Shown: piece after piece, positions 30,933-39,286 of the stretch
Layout of the letters: every line of letters begins with the position of its first letter
Numbering within the stretch: the stretch's first letter is position 1
Sequence record: MW749003.1
Reading direction: 5' to 3' (one strand)
Origin: Bacillus phage vB_BspM_Internexus
Length of the DNA: 40,000 bases
Translations under genes and position numbers: made by a program
The notes under the pieces: generated by a model
Databases searched by the model: none
Told to the model about the DNA's origin: nothing
What the model saw: only the letters and a program-made list of their open reading frames with translations

Positions 30933-31143
30933 AAAAAAAAAGGAGAGCATTAAAATGGTTCAGAAATTCTTTTAATAATTAATAGTGATGTTACTATTAG
31001 TATTCTTAAATAACCTATTTGAAAAAATATTAGAAATTCAAGAAAAAATTAATGAATAGTTATTTACCGTATTAAAAATATTTTTCAAGCATATATTATA
31101 TTCCTGTAATATCAGACTATTTAAAAGAGGAGGAATATAATGT

Positions 31144-31488
31144 ATGCCTAACACCAAATCAGTACTGACAGAATTCAAAGATCCTCTACTGGTTACGAAT
31201 CATTTCACAAAAGAAAAACGAATTTTTCTAAGAAAGACGCTTGGTGAAGATTATAGTATCCTAAGTAGCTCTGAATTTATTAATGAAATTGATAATGATC
31301 CATTAGAATTTCTTGATAGAAAGGGGGTTAATAAATACGATTTGGTAATATTTGATACTGGTAGTAATATAAATGAAAAAATTCTAGACTCAGTTTCCTC
31401 AAAACCACTAACTCTTCAAAGAACCACAAAAACTACTCCATCATTCAAGCTTCTAGAATTTCATAATGATAAATTTAATATAATTTAA
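31144..31488 (+). CDS. hypothetical protein
   Basis: 114-aa ORF, RBS agaggagga. Confidence 0.65.
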   Translation: MPNTKSVLTEFKDPLLVTNHFTKEKRIFLRKTLGEDYSILSSSEFINEIDNDPLEFLDRKGVNKYDLVIFDTGSNINEKILDSVSSKPLTLQRTTKTTPSFKLLEFHNDKFNII

Positions 31489-31491
31489 AAT

Positions 31492-31522
31492 AAAAGGATA
31501 ATCTTAGTGATTATCCTTTTTA
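31492..31522 (+). terminator. intrinsic terminator
   Basis: aaaaggataatcttagtgattatccttttt. Confidence 0.8.
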
Positions 31523-31555
31523 CATATTCAAAGATTTTAATGGGGGAATATTGGA

Positions 31556-31882
31556 ATGGATATTAATGGTAGAGTAATATTAGCCGCAATTGCGGTTATT
31601 GTGGGAGGTACAGTATTAATTAGTATAATACCTTTCTCAAGCTTTATAATTATTGCATGTATAATAGGAGCTGTAATACCTTGGATTCTTCCTAGAAGGA
31701 ATGAACAAATTCAACAATACAACCAAGAACAAGAGTATTATATAAAATTAGAAGAAGAGAATTTAAAACTTAGAGAACAGTTAAACCTAGAAGAAGAAAA
31801 CCTAAGATTAAAAGAAAGATTAAAACTAGAGGAAGAAAATCTAAAACTAAGAGAAGAATTAGAAAAATTAAAGGAGAAATAA
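31556..31882 (+). CDS. membrane-anchored coiled-coil protein with tandem repeats
   Basis: Two TM segments then EEENLKLREQLNLEEENLRLKERLKLEEENLKLREELEKLKEK. Confidence 0.75.
   Translation: MDINGRVILAAIAVIVGGTVLISIIPFSSFIIIACIIGAVIPWILPRRNEQIQQYNQEQEYYIKLEEENLKLREQLNLEEENLRLKERLKLEEENLKLREELEKLKEK
31740..31870 (+). repeat. tandem ~39-nt degenerate coding repeat
   Basis: Repeated (E)EEENLkLReqLkL units, nucleotide copies of gaagaaaatctaaaactaagagaagaatta. Confidence 0.7.
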
Positions 31883-31884
31883 AA

Positions 31885-32601
31885 ATGAAATTAACAGAAA
31901 TTAAAAAAGAAGATAAAATTATATTGGTTGAAAAATGCAAAGAATTACTTAATCTAAAAGATGCTAAACTCCCAGATGAGTATTATTATTCCAGTCTTGC
32001 TTTATGTGTAATTGACTCTATCTTTTCTATTAATTCCAATTATACAAGTGTGAAAAATGTAATTAAGCGTTATTGCACTTATTTTAATATTAACCCATTA
32101 AGAGAAAGTAGTTCATTCCCTAGTACATCTAATCAGTTATCTGTAAAAAGTTTTATTGATTCTTATGAAAAAATAGGGGTAGATTTTTACACTCAAAAAA
32201 TCTTTAATAATAGACAACGAACTTCAGCAGTTAATGGAATATTAAAATCTGAAGCTGTTTATGAGTTTTGTAAAGTTCTAAATAAGTATAATATTAATTA
32301 TTTTCAAGATGTAAAAAACATATATGGTAATAAGGAATTTGAAAAAGATATTAGAAGTATTAAGGGTCAAGGAAAAGGAGTTTCGTTATTATACTTCCTT
32401 ATGCTTTCTGGTGAAGAAGATAAAATAAAACCAGATAGAATGATAATTCGCTTTCTTGAAGAGATCCTTCAAAGAAAGATTAATATAAATGAATCACAGA
32501 TATTACTTAAAGAGGCATCATTAATACTATCAAAAGAATATCCAAATTTGAGTCCAAGATTATTGGATTATACAATTTGGGAATATGCTAGGGGAAATTA
32601 A
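31885..32601 (+). CDS. HhH (DNA-glycosylase-like) protein, tentative
   Basis: IRSIKGQGKGVSLLYFLMLSGEEDKIKPDRMIIRFLEEIL resembles helix-hairpin-helix + KPDRH-type motif of HhH proteins. Confidence 0.5.
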   Translation: MKLTEIKKEDKIILVEKCKELLNLKDAKLPDEYYYSSLALCVIDSIFSINSNYTSVKNVIKRYCTYFNINPLRESSSFPSTSNQLSVKSFIDSYEKIGVDFYTQKIFNNRQRTSAVNGILKSEAVYEFCKVLNKYNINYFQDVKNIYGNKEFEKDIRSIKGQGKGVSLLYFLMLSGEEDKIKPDRMIIRFLEEILQRKININESQILLKEASLILSKEYPNLSPRLLDYTIWEYARGN

Positions 32602-32803
32602 AAACCATAATTTCACTATGGTTTTTAATATAAATTTTTAAAAATAATTACTATGATTTCTTAAAAGACAGTGATGATTATGAAAAATTTCAATTAATTA
32701 ATTTGGTTTAACCTTTATAGATGATTCAACATCAAATTCTATCACGGTCTCTTGGCAATAAATTAAAAGACATTATAAGGGAATTCCCTTATAATGTCTT
32801 TTC

Positions 32804-33496
32804 CTAATAGATATATAATTTTTTTCTATTTGCTTGTTTTGCTACATTCTGTCTCCACTTATCTAATAACTCTTGTTTTCTATCTGTTGCTTCTTGTAAT
32901 TCATCTACGAATAATTCAATATTACCAAATGCAGTTTGGAGGTTTGCAAACCGTTTTCTAATTTGATATAATACTTCTTTCGTATCATATAATGCTAATT
33001 TTAGAAATTCAGTTTGAAGGTTAGTTGGAATTGTACCAAAATGATCTGGATGGACAACATTTAATAAAAGTTTTGTTTTTCTAATAGTATATAAAGCAGG
33101 GGTTATAGTAATAATATTTGGATAAGTAAATTGGTAAGTCATTGGGTTTCTATTCATTGATGATAGATCAGCTTGTATTTGTCTACTCACAGGATCAATC
33201 ATATTATTACTATAAGGTACTAATTCTGCACCAAAGTATCTAGTTGTATTATCATACATTCTTGCTACGTTTAATATATTATAATTAGTATTAATATAAT
33301 ATTGGTTTCCAGTTCCTTCAACTTTATCTTCATTTGATATAATAGCTTCAACTTGATAAGGGAAAAAATTACTAAATGTAACTAATGTTTCTTCTTTAAT
33401 ATTATCAATAATTTCATCTGGATCCATTTCAAGTTCATTAAACTTATAACCTAATTTTTTTTCTATGAACCGAAGGATATAGGTACTAGATAACAT
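32804..33496 (-). CDS. putative virion structural protein
   Basis: 230-aa ORF in head gene region. Confidence 0.5.
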   Translation of the reverse strand: MLSSTYILRFIEKKLGYKFNELEMDPDEIIDNIKEETLVTFSNFFPYQVEAIISNEDKVEGTGNQYYINTNYNILNVARMYDNTTRYFGAELVPYSNNMIDPVSRQIQADLSSMNRNPMTYQFTYPNIITITPALYTIRKTKLLLNVVHPDHFGTIPTNLQTEFLKLALYDTKEVLYQIRKRFANLQTAFGNIELFVDELQEATDRKQELLDKWRQNVAKQANRKKLYIY

Positions 33497-33516
33497 ATTA
33501 TCAACCCTCTCTATTA

Positions 33517-33759
33517 TTAACTGGTAGAACTAATAAAGTCTACATCCTTCTTAGGAATATCTTCAATTTTTGAATAACGTTTACTCATAGCTCTATGAGT
33601 ATAGCAATAATATTCTCCATCTTTATTTTTGGCAAAACTACATTCGGTTTTCCCAAATTTATTTTCAATATATTCTTTTTCTTTTGGAGTTAAGGGAATA
33701 TGCTGAATTGCTTCACTTAATAACAAACTTTCATTAATCATTTTAAATTTTTTATTCAT
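33517..33759 (-). CDS. small putative head-associated protein
   Basis: 80 aa; MNKKFKMINESLLLSEAIQH N-terminus. Confidence 0.6.
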   Translation of the reverse strand: MNKKFKMINESLLLSEAIQHIPLTPKEKEYIENKFGKTECSFAKNKDGEYYCYTHRAMSKRYSKIEDIPKKDVDFISSTS

Positions 33760-33813
33760 AATATCCTCCTGTAATTTAATATGGTTACTCTAATTATAGA
33801 GTAACCATTTATT

Positions 33814-34963
33814 TTAAAATTGAATTAAAAGGAAATTATCAATTTCTTTTTTAATTTCATCTTCAATAAATAAAACAGCTTTACCGTCTTCAGTATTAAA
33901 ACTAACTGTTTTACCATCTTCACCTAATTTGGCAGTTCTTTCATCTAAACCAAGATGATCAACTGTTGTTTTAATATTTTGACTCTCTTCCTTAATGTAA
34001 TTAAGGATTTCATCTTGAGCCACTGACACCATTAGACCTTCATTAAGAATTCTCTTATTCATAGGATGAATAGCATCTTCTTTAATAATATTTGTCTGAT
34101 AAGCATTAGAATGAGAAGGGAAGATTACCCAATCCCAAGTAACAATGTGAAGAGGTTTTTCAACTCGTGTTAGTCCATTCACTTTACGAGTAACACCACC
34201 AAGACCTCTCATTGAAAATGCTACTTCAGTACCTTGTCTAATTAAACCTTCCATATCTTTACCAACAGCAGTGTTAGTAGTTGCTACCACACCTTTTAGT
34301 AATTTTTGTTCCCACCATAATTTCTCAATAACATGAGACATTCTAGTTTGATCAATGTATGTCTGTCTTTCCATTTTATCCGAAAGAGGGTGCAAATATC
34401 TTCATATGGATTCGCTACTTCCATACCGTTCTCTTATGAACTGCTCTAAGTTTCCCTAGAGTTGAGACTATATCAAGTTCTTCAGCATTACTGTTAAGAA
34501 CCTCTCTATTTCCACTATGCTTATAGTGTACTCCCATTTGGGATAGTCGTTGAACTCCATTGGTAAATATTTGTACATATATTTTACCAATAAAGCTGCT
34601 GATTGTCCAATCTTATTAGTTCTTATAACCTTCACGCTCACTGTTACCAGTCACGTTGTGGTCTAATAAGCTCTAAGGAGTTTCCAGCAATTAAGAGAGT
34701 TTAGACATAGTATTTCTACTATGAATGGCAACCCTACCAGCCTCTCCGAACAATGATTTACGTCTTAACTTTTCTTGAATTTGAGGAGAACGAATAGCAC
34801 CATCTAATGCTTCAAATGCATATTCCCTTCTATTTCTATTACCAGCTTCTGCCTCTTGAAGAATAGCTTCAATTACAACATTATCTTTATTATGCTCAAT
34901 AATATTAGGTTTAACTGGTTCTGATGTAGATTCAATAATTAGAAAACCACAATTTTGATCCAT
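33814..34963 (-). CDS. prohead (head maturation) protease, T4 gp21-like; spliced complement(join(33814..34392,34736..34963)), predicted 268 aa
   Basis: IEAILQEAEAGNRNRREY...RRKSLFGEAG|HPLSDKMERQTYIDQTRMSHVIEKLWWEQKLLKGVVATTNTAVGKDMEGLIRQGTEVAFSMRGLG; His and Ser motifs of the family are rejoined by splicing. Confidence 0.9.
34393..34735 (-). ncRNA. group I intron in prohead protease gene, no ORF (343 nt)
   Basis: Reverse strand: P ttaattgctggaaactcc; Q gacaatcagcagc; R gttcaacgactatcc; S tgatatagtctc; P1 UGGU|agggttGCCA; hairpin catagtagaaatactatg; terminal G at 34393. Confidence 0.93.
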
Positions 34964-35071
34964 TATTTAGCCGCCTTTCTAATAACTTAATTAAATTTAT
35001 TAATTATATGTTTTCTAATAAAAAACATATAATTAAGTTAAATCATAATATTTAAAAGGAGGTACATCAAA

Positions 35072-35530
35072 ATGTTATCCAAATATGAGTCATTGTTATT
35101 AATTGAACATGAAGAATTTGATTCATATAGAGAAGAATATTTTTTATTAAAAGAAGGTTTAGCAACTGATGTTGATAAAACTACTAAAGGTATATTTAAT
35201 ATAATTAAAAAACTCCATTCCTCTAGTGATGATAGATTAATTGAAAATATGCCAGATTTTTCTAGACTATTAACACGTTGTATCATTATTGGAAGTATTG
35301 CCGTTATCAGTCCTGTTATCGGTCTTATTACTTTATATACTAGTTCAGCCATTAGAAGACGTAATGATGCTAATAGAAGAGAAAAATTAATTCATCTTTA
35401 TTCAAGTAAATTAGAATATATTGAAGATCGATTAACTAGAGAATCAGATGAAAAGAAAAGACAAAATATGATTAAAATGAAAAATAAATTAAAGAGTGAC
35501 TTAGATAAACTAAAAGTCATTAAAGATTAA
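35072..35530 (+). CDS. putative head-associated membrane-like protein
   Basis: 152 aa; EEYFLLKE|GLATDV; hydrophobic IIIGSIAVISPVIGLITLY. Confidence 0.65.
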   Translation: MLSKYESLLLIEHEEFDSYREEYFLLKEGLATDVDKTTKGIFNIIKKLHSSSDDRLIENMPDFSRLLTRCIIIGSIAVISPVIGLITLYTSSAIRRRNDANRREKLIHLYSSKLEYIEDRLTRESDEKKRQNMIKMKNKLKSDLDKLKVIKD

Positions 35531-35549
35531 ATGAAGGGAGTGTATATAT

Positions 35550-36188
35550 GTGACAGATTTTGATACCCTTCTAATTGATTTTAATAAAAAATTAATGGAA
35601 GATATAAAACATAATAATAATTTTTTCCTTAAAGAAGATGAAGACGATGATGTAGGTATGGATAGTCTTGAAGACTTATCTGTTGGACATTCTAATGATC
35701 CTGCTCATCCAGAAGATGAAACAGATAGTAAATCTGATGAAACTACTGATGATAATCCACCAGAATCTTTGGATGGAGGAGATGATAGTTCAAATCCTTC
35801 AGATGGAGATACTGATGGTTCAGACGATCAGGGGGATGATGGCTCAGGAGGTTTGGATAGTGAGCAAGATACCAGTCCTACTGACAATGATAAGAAATTA
35901 CAATTGTATAAGTCATACAAGTCAATCTACACATCTATCGATACCTTTTTAGATAAAGTTTCATCTTATAAGGAATATTTAGATACAGAAGAAAATAAAA
36001 GTAAGAATTATGAACTTGTTGAATATATCGAAGATAAATTATATAATCTAAAAGATAGTACCAAAATTATGTTAACTGACAAAATTAAGACAATGGATTA
36101 TGAAAAAGTAAAAACTGTTTTCGTATATACAAAAAGTGAAATTAACTTACTGGTCAACCTATTTAACAAATTTTCTTCTTCCAAGTAA
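35550..36188 (+). CDS. acidic scaffold/prohead-core-like protein
   Basis: 212 aa, very acidic D/S/G-rich middle, immediately upstream of the capsid gene; start TTG or GTG. Confidence 0.6.
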   Translation: MTDFDTLLIDFNKKLMEDIKHNNNFFLKEDEDDDVGMDSLEDLSVGHSNDPAHPEDETDSKSDETTDDNPPESLDGGDDSSNPSDGDTDGSDDQGDDGSGGLDSEQDTSPTDNDKKLQLYKSYKSIYTSIDTFLDKVSSYKEYLDTEENKSKNYELVEYIEDKLYNLKDSTKIMLTDKIKTMDYEKVKTVFVYTKSEINLLVNLFNKFSSSK

Positions 36189-36299
36189 TAAACAATTTAA
36201 TAGTAAAAAAATTATAAATCAATTTATTAGATTTTATATTAGAGAGATCTAAACAAAAAATTATTAAAATCTAATAATTAAGAAAAGGAGTAATGATCA

Positions 36300-37895
36300 A
36301 TGTCCGTAGAATATCGTACTAATCATTCAACTGGAACAACTGATGAATTCAGTCAAACATTAAAAGAAAGTCATCAATATTTCTTACAAACTCAACAAGT
36401 AAACATCCTTGGAGAAGGCTTCAGTGATGTTCTTTCTGAAGCATCCACTTTTAGTGCTTATGTAGATAAATTAGTAGAAGGCTTAGATGCAACTGAAGAA
36501 GCAGATATGCGTCAATTACTTGCGAACAACCGTCAAGCAATCCTTCAAGAGTCCGTAGTTGCAGGTATCCCTCCAATTGCGTCTCTATCTATGCCAACTA
36601 TTCGTAAAATGTGGGCTAAGATTGCATTGAAATATGCTATTCCTACTGAACCTGTTAAAACACCTGCTTTCTCTGTATCATTCTCTAAACCTTATATCAT
36701 TGATTCAGTATCAGGTGAAAAACATTATCTTCCAGAATCTCTTCGTTCTTTAGATAATGGACTTGCTGAAAAAACAAAACTTTCTTCTCAAGCTTATGAG
36801 CTACCTTTGGATAACAAAGATCTTCTTGCTGATGTAGGTGCTTCTGCACAAGCTGGAGATGCAATTGATCGCCGTTTCCATATTGTTGAAGTTGAAGTTT
36901 CTGCGGCAAGTGCGACTGGAACAGCTGAGACTGCTGAAACAGTTAAAGTAAAAGTTAACTCTAAAATTGATATTAATAACAAACTATATGCTGAAGTTAA
37001 AGCTAAACACTCTGATGGTACTGTAACTTCTGACGTACTTATGGGTGCTGTTGATCCAGAAAAAGGTACTGTTAGCTTAGTATCTCTTCGTCAAGCAGTT
37101 AAAAAAGTTGTATTCCTTGGTTATGTATCTTCTGAGGCTCATAACAGAGCAACTAACGTATCTTTCGATATTGAACGTAGAGATATCACTATCGGAACTG
37201 GCGAACACTTAGAGGCTTCTCTACCACTTGAAATGCTAACTGATACTATGGCACTTTATCAAATTGATGGTGCTAATGAAGTGGTAGACACAATGTCTAA
37301 CGTTACAGCCCAAAAAGTTGACCAAGAAATTTATAACTTTATTGATGCGGCTTTCCAATCTAACCCTACTTATATGGGTAAATTTAACGTTCATCCTGCA
37401 CCTCAGTTTGCTGGAAATCCTAGAGACTGGTTGGATGGTATCAAACGAGTAATTGATTACTTTGCTCAAAAAATTAAATCTGAAACTTACTACTACCAAG
37501 GTTACTTTGTAATTGTTGGGAACCCACTTGATACTGCTTTGATTCCAAATGTTACTTGGACATTTAACCGAGTATCAGATGCTCAAAATGGTATTGAAGT
37601 AGATTACAGTATTGGAGCTGTTTCTGGTGCAAGCCGTTACACAATTGTTTCTTCTGACTTGATTCCTCAAGGAGAATTGACAATGTTCATGGTTCCACTT
37701 ACTAATAAATTTATGACGTTCAAGTACTATCCGTACACTTTCAATGTTGTACACAACTACCTGAACACTCGTAATCCTAATATTCCATCCATTATGATGA
37801 CTAAACGTCATACCCTTGAAGAGTTCCTTCCAATGGTATGCAAAATCAAAATTGAGAACAATGATGGTACTCTTGTTTCTCAGTATAATGGATAA
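36300..37895 (+). CDS. major capsid protein (HK97-fold, gp23-like), inferred
   Basis: 531 aa, MPTIRKMWAKIALKYAIPTEPVKTPAFSVSFSKPYI; less AT-skewed codon usage consistent with high expression; context of protease + scaffold-like genes; N-terminal ILGE|GF. Confidence 0.82.
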   Translation: MSVEYRTNHSTGTTDEFSQTLKESHQYFLQTQQVNILGEGFSDVLSEASTFSAYVDKLVEGLDATEEADMRQLLANNRQAILQESVVAGIPPIASLSMPTIRKMWAKIALKYAIPTEPVKTPAFSVSFSKPYIIDSVSGEKHYLPESLRSLDNGLAEKTKLSSQAYELPLDNKDLLADVGASAQAGDAIDRRFHIVEVEVSAASATGTAETAETVKVKVNSKIDINNKLYAEVKAKHSDGTVTSDVLMGAVDPEKGTVSLVSLRQAVKKVVFLGYVSSEAHNRATNVSFDIERRDITIGTGEHLEASLPLEMLTDTMALYQIDGANEVVDTMSNVTAQKVDQEIYNFIDAAFQSNPTYMGKFNVHPAPQFAGNPRDWLDGIKRVIDYFAQKIKSETYYYQGYFVIVGNPLDTALIPNVTWTFNRVSDAQNGIEVDYSIGAVSGASRYTIVSSDLIPQGELTMFMVPLTNKFMTFKYYPYTFNVVHNYLNTRNPNIPSIMMTKRHTLEEFLPMVCKIKIENNDGTLVSQYNG

Positions 37896-37902
37896 TAAAT
37901 AA

Positions 37903-37941
37903 AAATATCAGTTGTGACCATAACGGTTACAACTGATATTT
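37903..37941 (+). terminator. long hairpin after capsid gene, terminator-like
   Basis: aaatatcagttgtgacc-ataac-ggttacaactgatattt. Confidence 0.65.
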
Positions 37942-37961
37942 ATTTTAAGAGGTGTAGATGT

Positions 37962-38933
37962 ATGGTAGATACTATTTTACTAGAAAAAATTTATCATAGA
38001 ACAGAATTGGATCAATTAGATGAATGCTTTGAAGAAATACTTAATCTACTACCATCAAAAAATTTTAAAGATGCTGGTTTTAAAAGAAATATATCAAAAA
38101 TAGAAAAACTCTTGAAGAGTACTTTTAATATAGATTGTAAAATTTTTCTTCATCCAACATTAAGTAATAAAGTAAGTTATGGTATGAGAATTTTCCCTTC
38201 TTATGAAGAAATGAAAGGACAATATTTAGAAGCCATTGAATCTAAGAAAAAAGGTTATCAGTTAATTGATTGTCATAATGTATCAATTGAAATTGAAGGA
38301 TCTCTTTTAAACCTATTTAAAAGAGAAGGAGCAACATCTAGAATGCTAACTGCAATTTTAATTCATGAAATTGGACATAAAGTATATGTTAAAGTTCAAA
38401 ATGCTCTTAGGGATGAAGAAAATTCTAAGAATATGGCTAATATTGGTTATGGCATGGGATTAGCTATGGCAGTACTCTCTATGACCGTTAGAATGGGTAA
38501 GAGAACTTTATCAGTTCCATTAACTGTAATGAGTCCAATTATAGGTTTTGTAGGTTTGGTTATGATTGTAATGGGCACAAGTTCTCTTATGGATTTTGTT
38601 GCAAATAAATATTATTCAGAGAGAGAAATATATAGTGATAGTTTAGCAGTTAAATATGGTTATGCTGATGAGATGTATCAAACTCTTTCAATGCTTCAAA
38701 ATCACACTAACTCAACCCATAAAATTAGCACGAATGTATTTATCAATTGGATAAGGAAAAATTTAAACTTCTATTATTTAAGAAGAAAAGGAGTTATTGA
38801 TGTTCTTAAAAAAGAATATCAGACTGCTGAAACCGAATTAGAGAAAGAATTGATTAAGAAAGTACTAATTGATTTAAATAATAAACAGAATAAAGATTTT
38901 GGTGAGGATAATACTCTTTTACTAAAAAAATAA
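37962..38933 (+). CDS. M48-like membrane zinc metalloprotease
   Basis: ILIHEIGHKVY (HExxH), two TM segments, EREIYSDSLAVKYGY (E/D third-ligand region); ATG 37962 preferred to track start 37914. Confidence 0.8.
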   Translation: MVDTILLEKIYHRTELDQLDECFEEILNLLPSKNFKDAGFKRNISKIEKLLKSTFNIDCKIFLHPTLSNKVSYGMRIFPSYEEMKGQYLEAIESKKKGYQLIDCHNVSIEIEGSLLNLFKREGATSRMLTAILIHEIGHKVYVKVQNALRDEENSKNMANIGYGMGLAMAVLSMTVRMGKRTLSVPLTVMSPIIGFVGLVMIVMGTSSLMDFVANKYYSEREIYSDSLAVKYGYADEMYQTLSMLQNHTNSTHKISTNVFINWIRKNLNFYYLRRKGVIDVLKKEYQTAETELEKELIKKVLIDLNNKQNKDFGEDNTLLLKK

Positions 38934-38967
38934 AGAAGGGCAAAGTAGCTGTCCTTCTTTATTATAA

Positions 38968-39156
38968 TTACTCAGTTATTAATTGTCCAAGATTATCAAC
39001 TACACTATTAGCAAATGGTCCAATATCATACAAGTCATCTTCCATATCATTTAGTTCTCCAATAAATTCACTATTACTATCATCATCTAGTTCTACAAAA
39101 TCAAAGCTAATTTCATCAATACCATCAAGTAGTTCTTTGACCTCCGCTTTACTCAT
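38968..39156 (-). CDS. small acidic hypothetical protein
   Basis: 62-aa ORF, RBS aaggaggaattt. Confidence 0.6.
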   Translation of the reverse strand: MSKAEVKELLDGIDEISFDFVELDDDSNSEFIGELNDMEDDLYDIGPFANSVVDNLGQLITE

Positions 39157-39286
39157 TTCAAATTCCTCCTTGAGTGAGAGTGGTATTTCTAGTTGTTTTT
39201 ATTTTAACCAGAAAACTTCATCTTGAAACTCAAAAAGAAAAAAAATTCACCTGAACTAGTTTATACAGGTGAATCTCTAAGATGTT

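Noticed and set aside
12000-32800. Anti-phage defence island
   Set aside because: The ART-like, HhH-like and AAA+ ORFs are dispersed among phage core genes and do not form a recognisable defence operon.
35668-35952. Alternative-frame ORF inside the acidic scaffold-like gene
   Set aside because: Arises from a repetitive GAT-rich stretch; host frame explains the composition.
36697-37811. Multiple ORFs overlapping the capsid gene (36697, 36794, 37236, 37575)
   Set aside because: Out-of-frame or antisense to a long, clearly coding ORF; no RBS or motifs.
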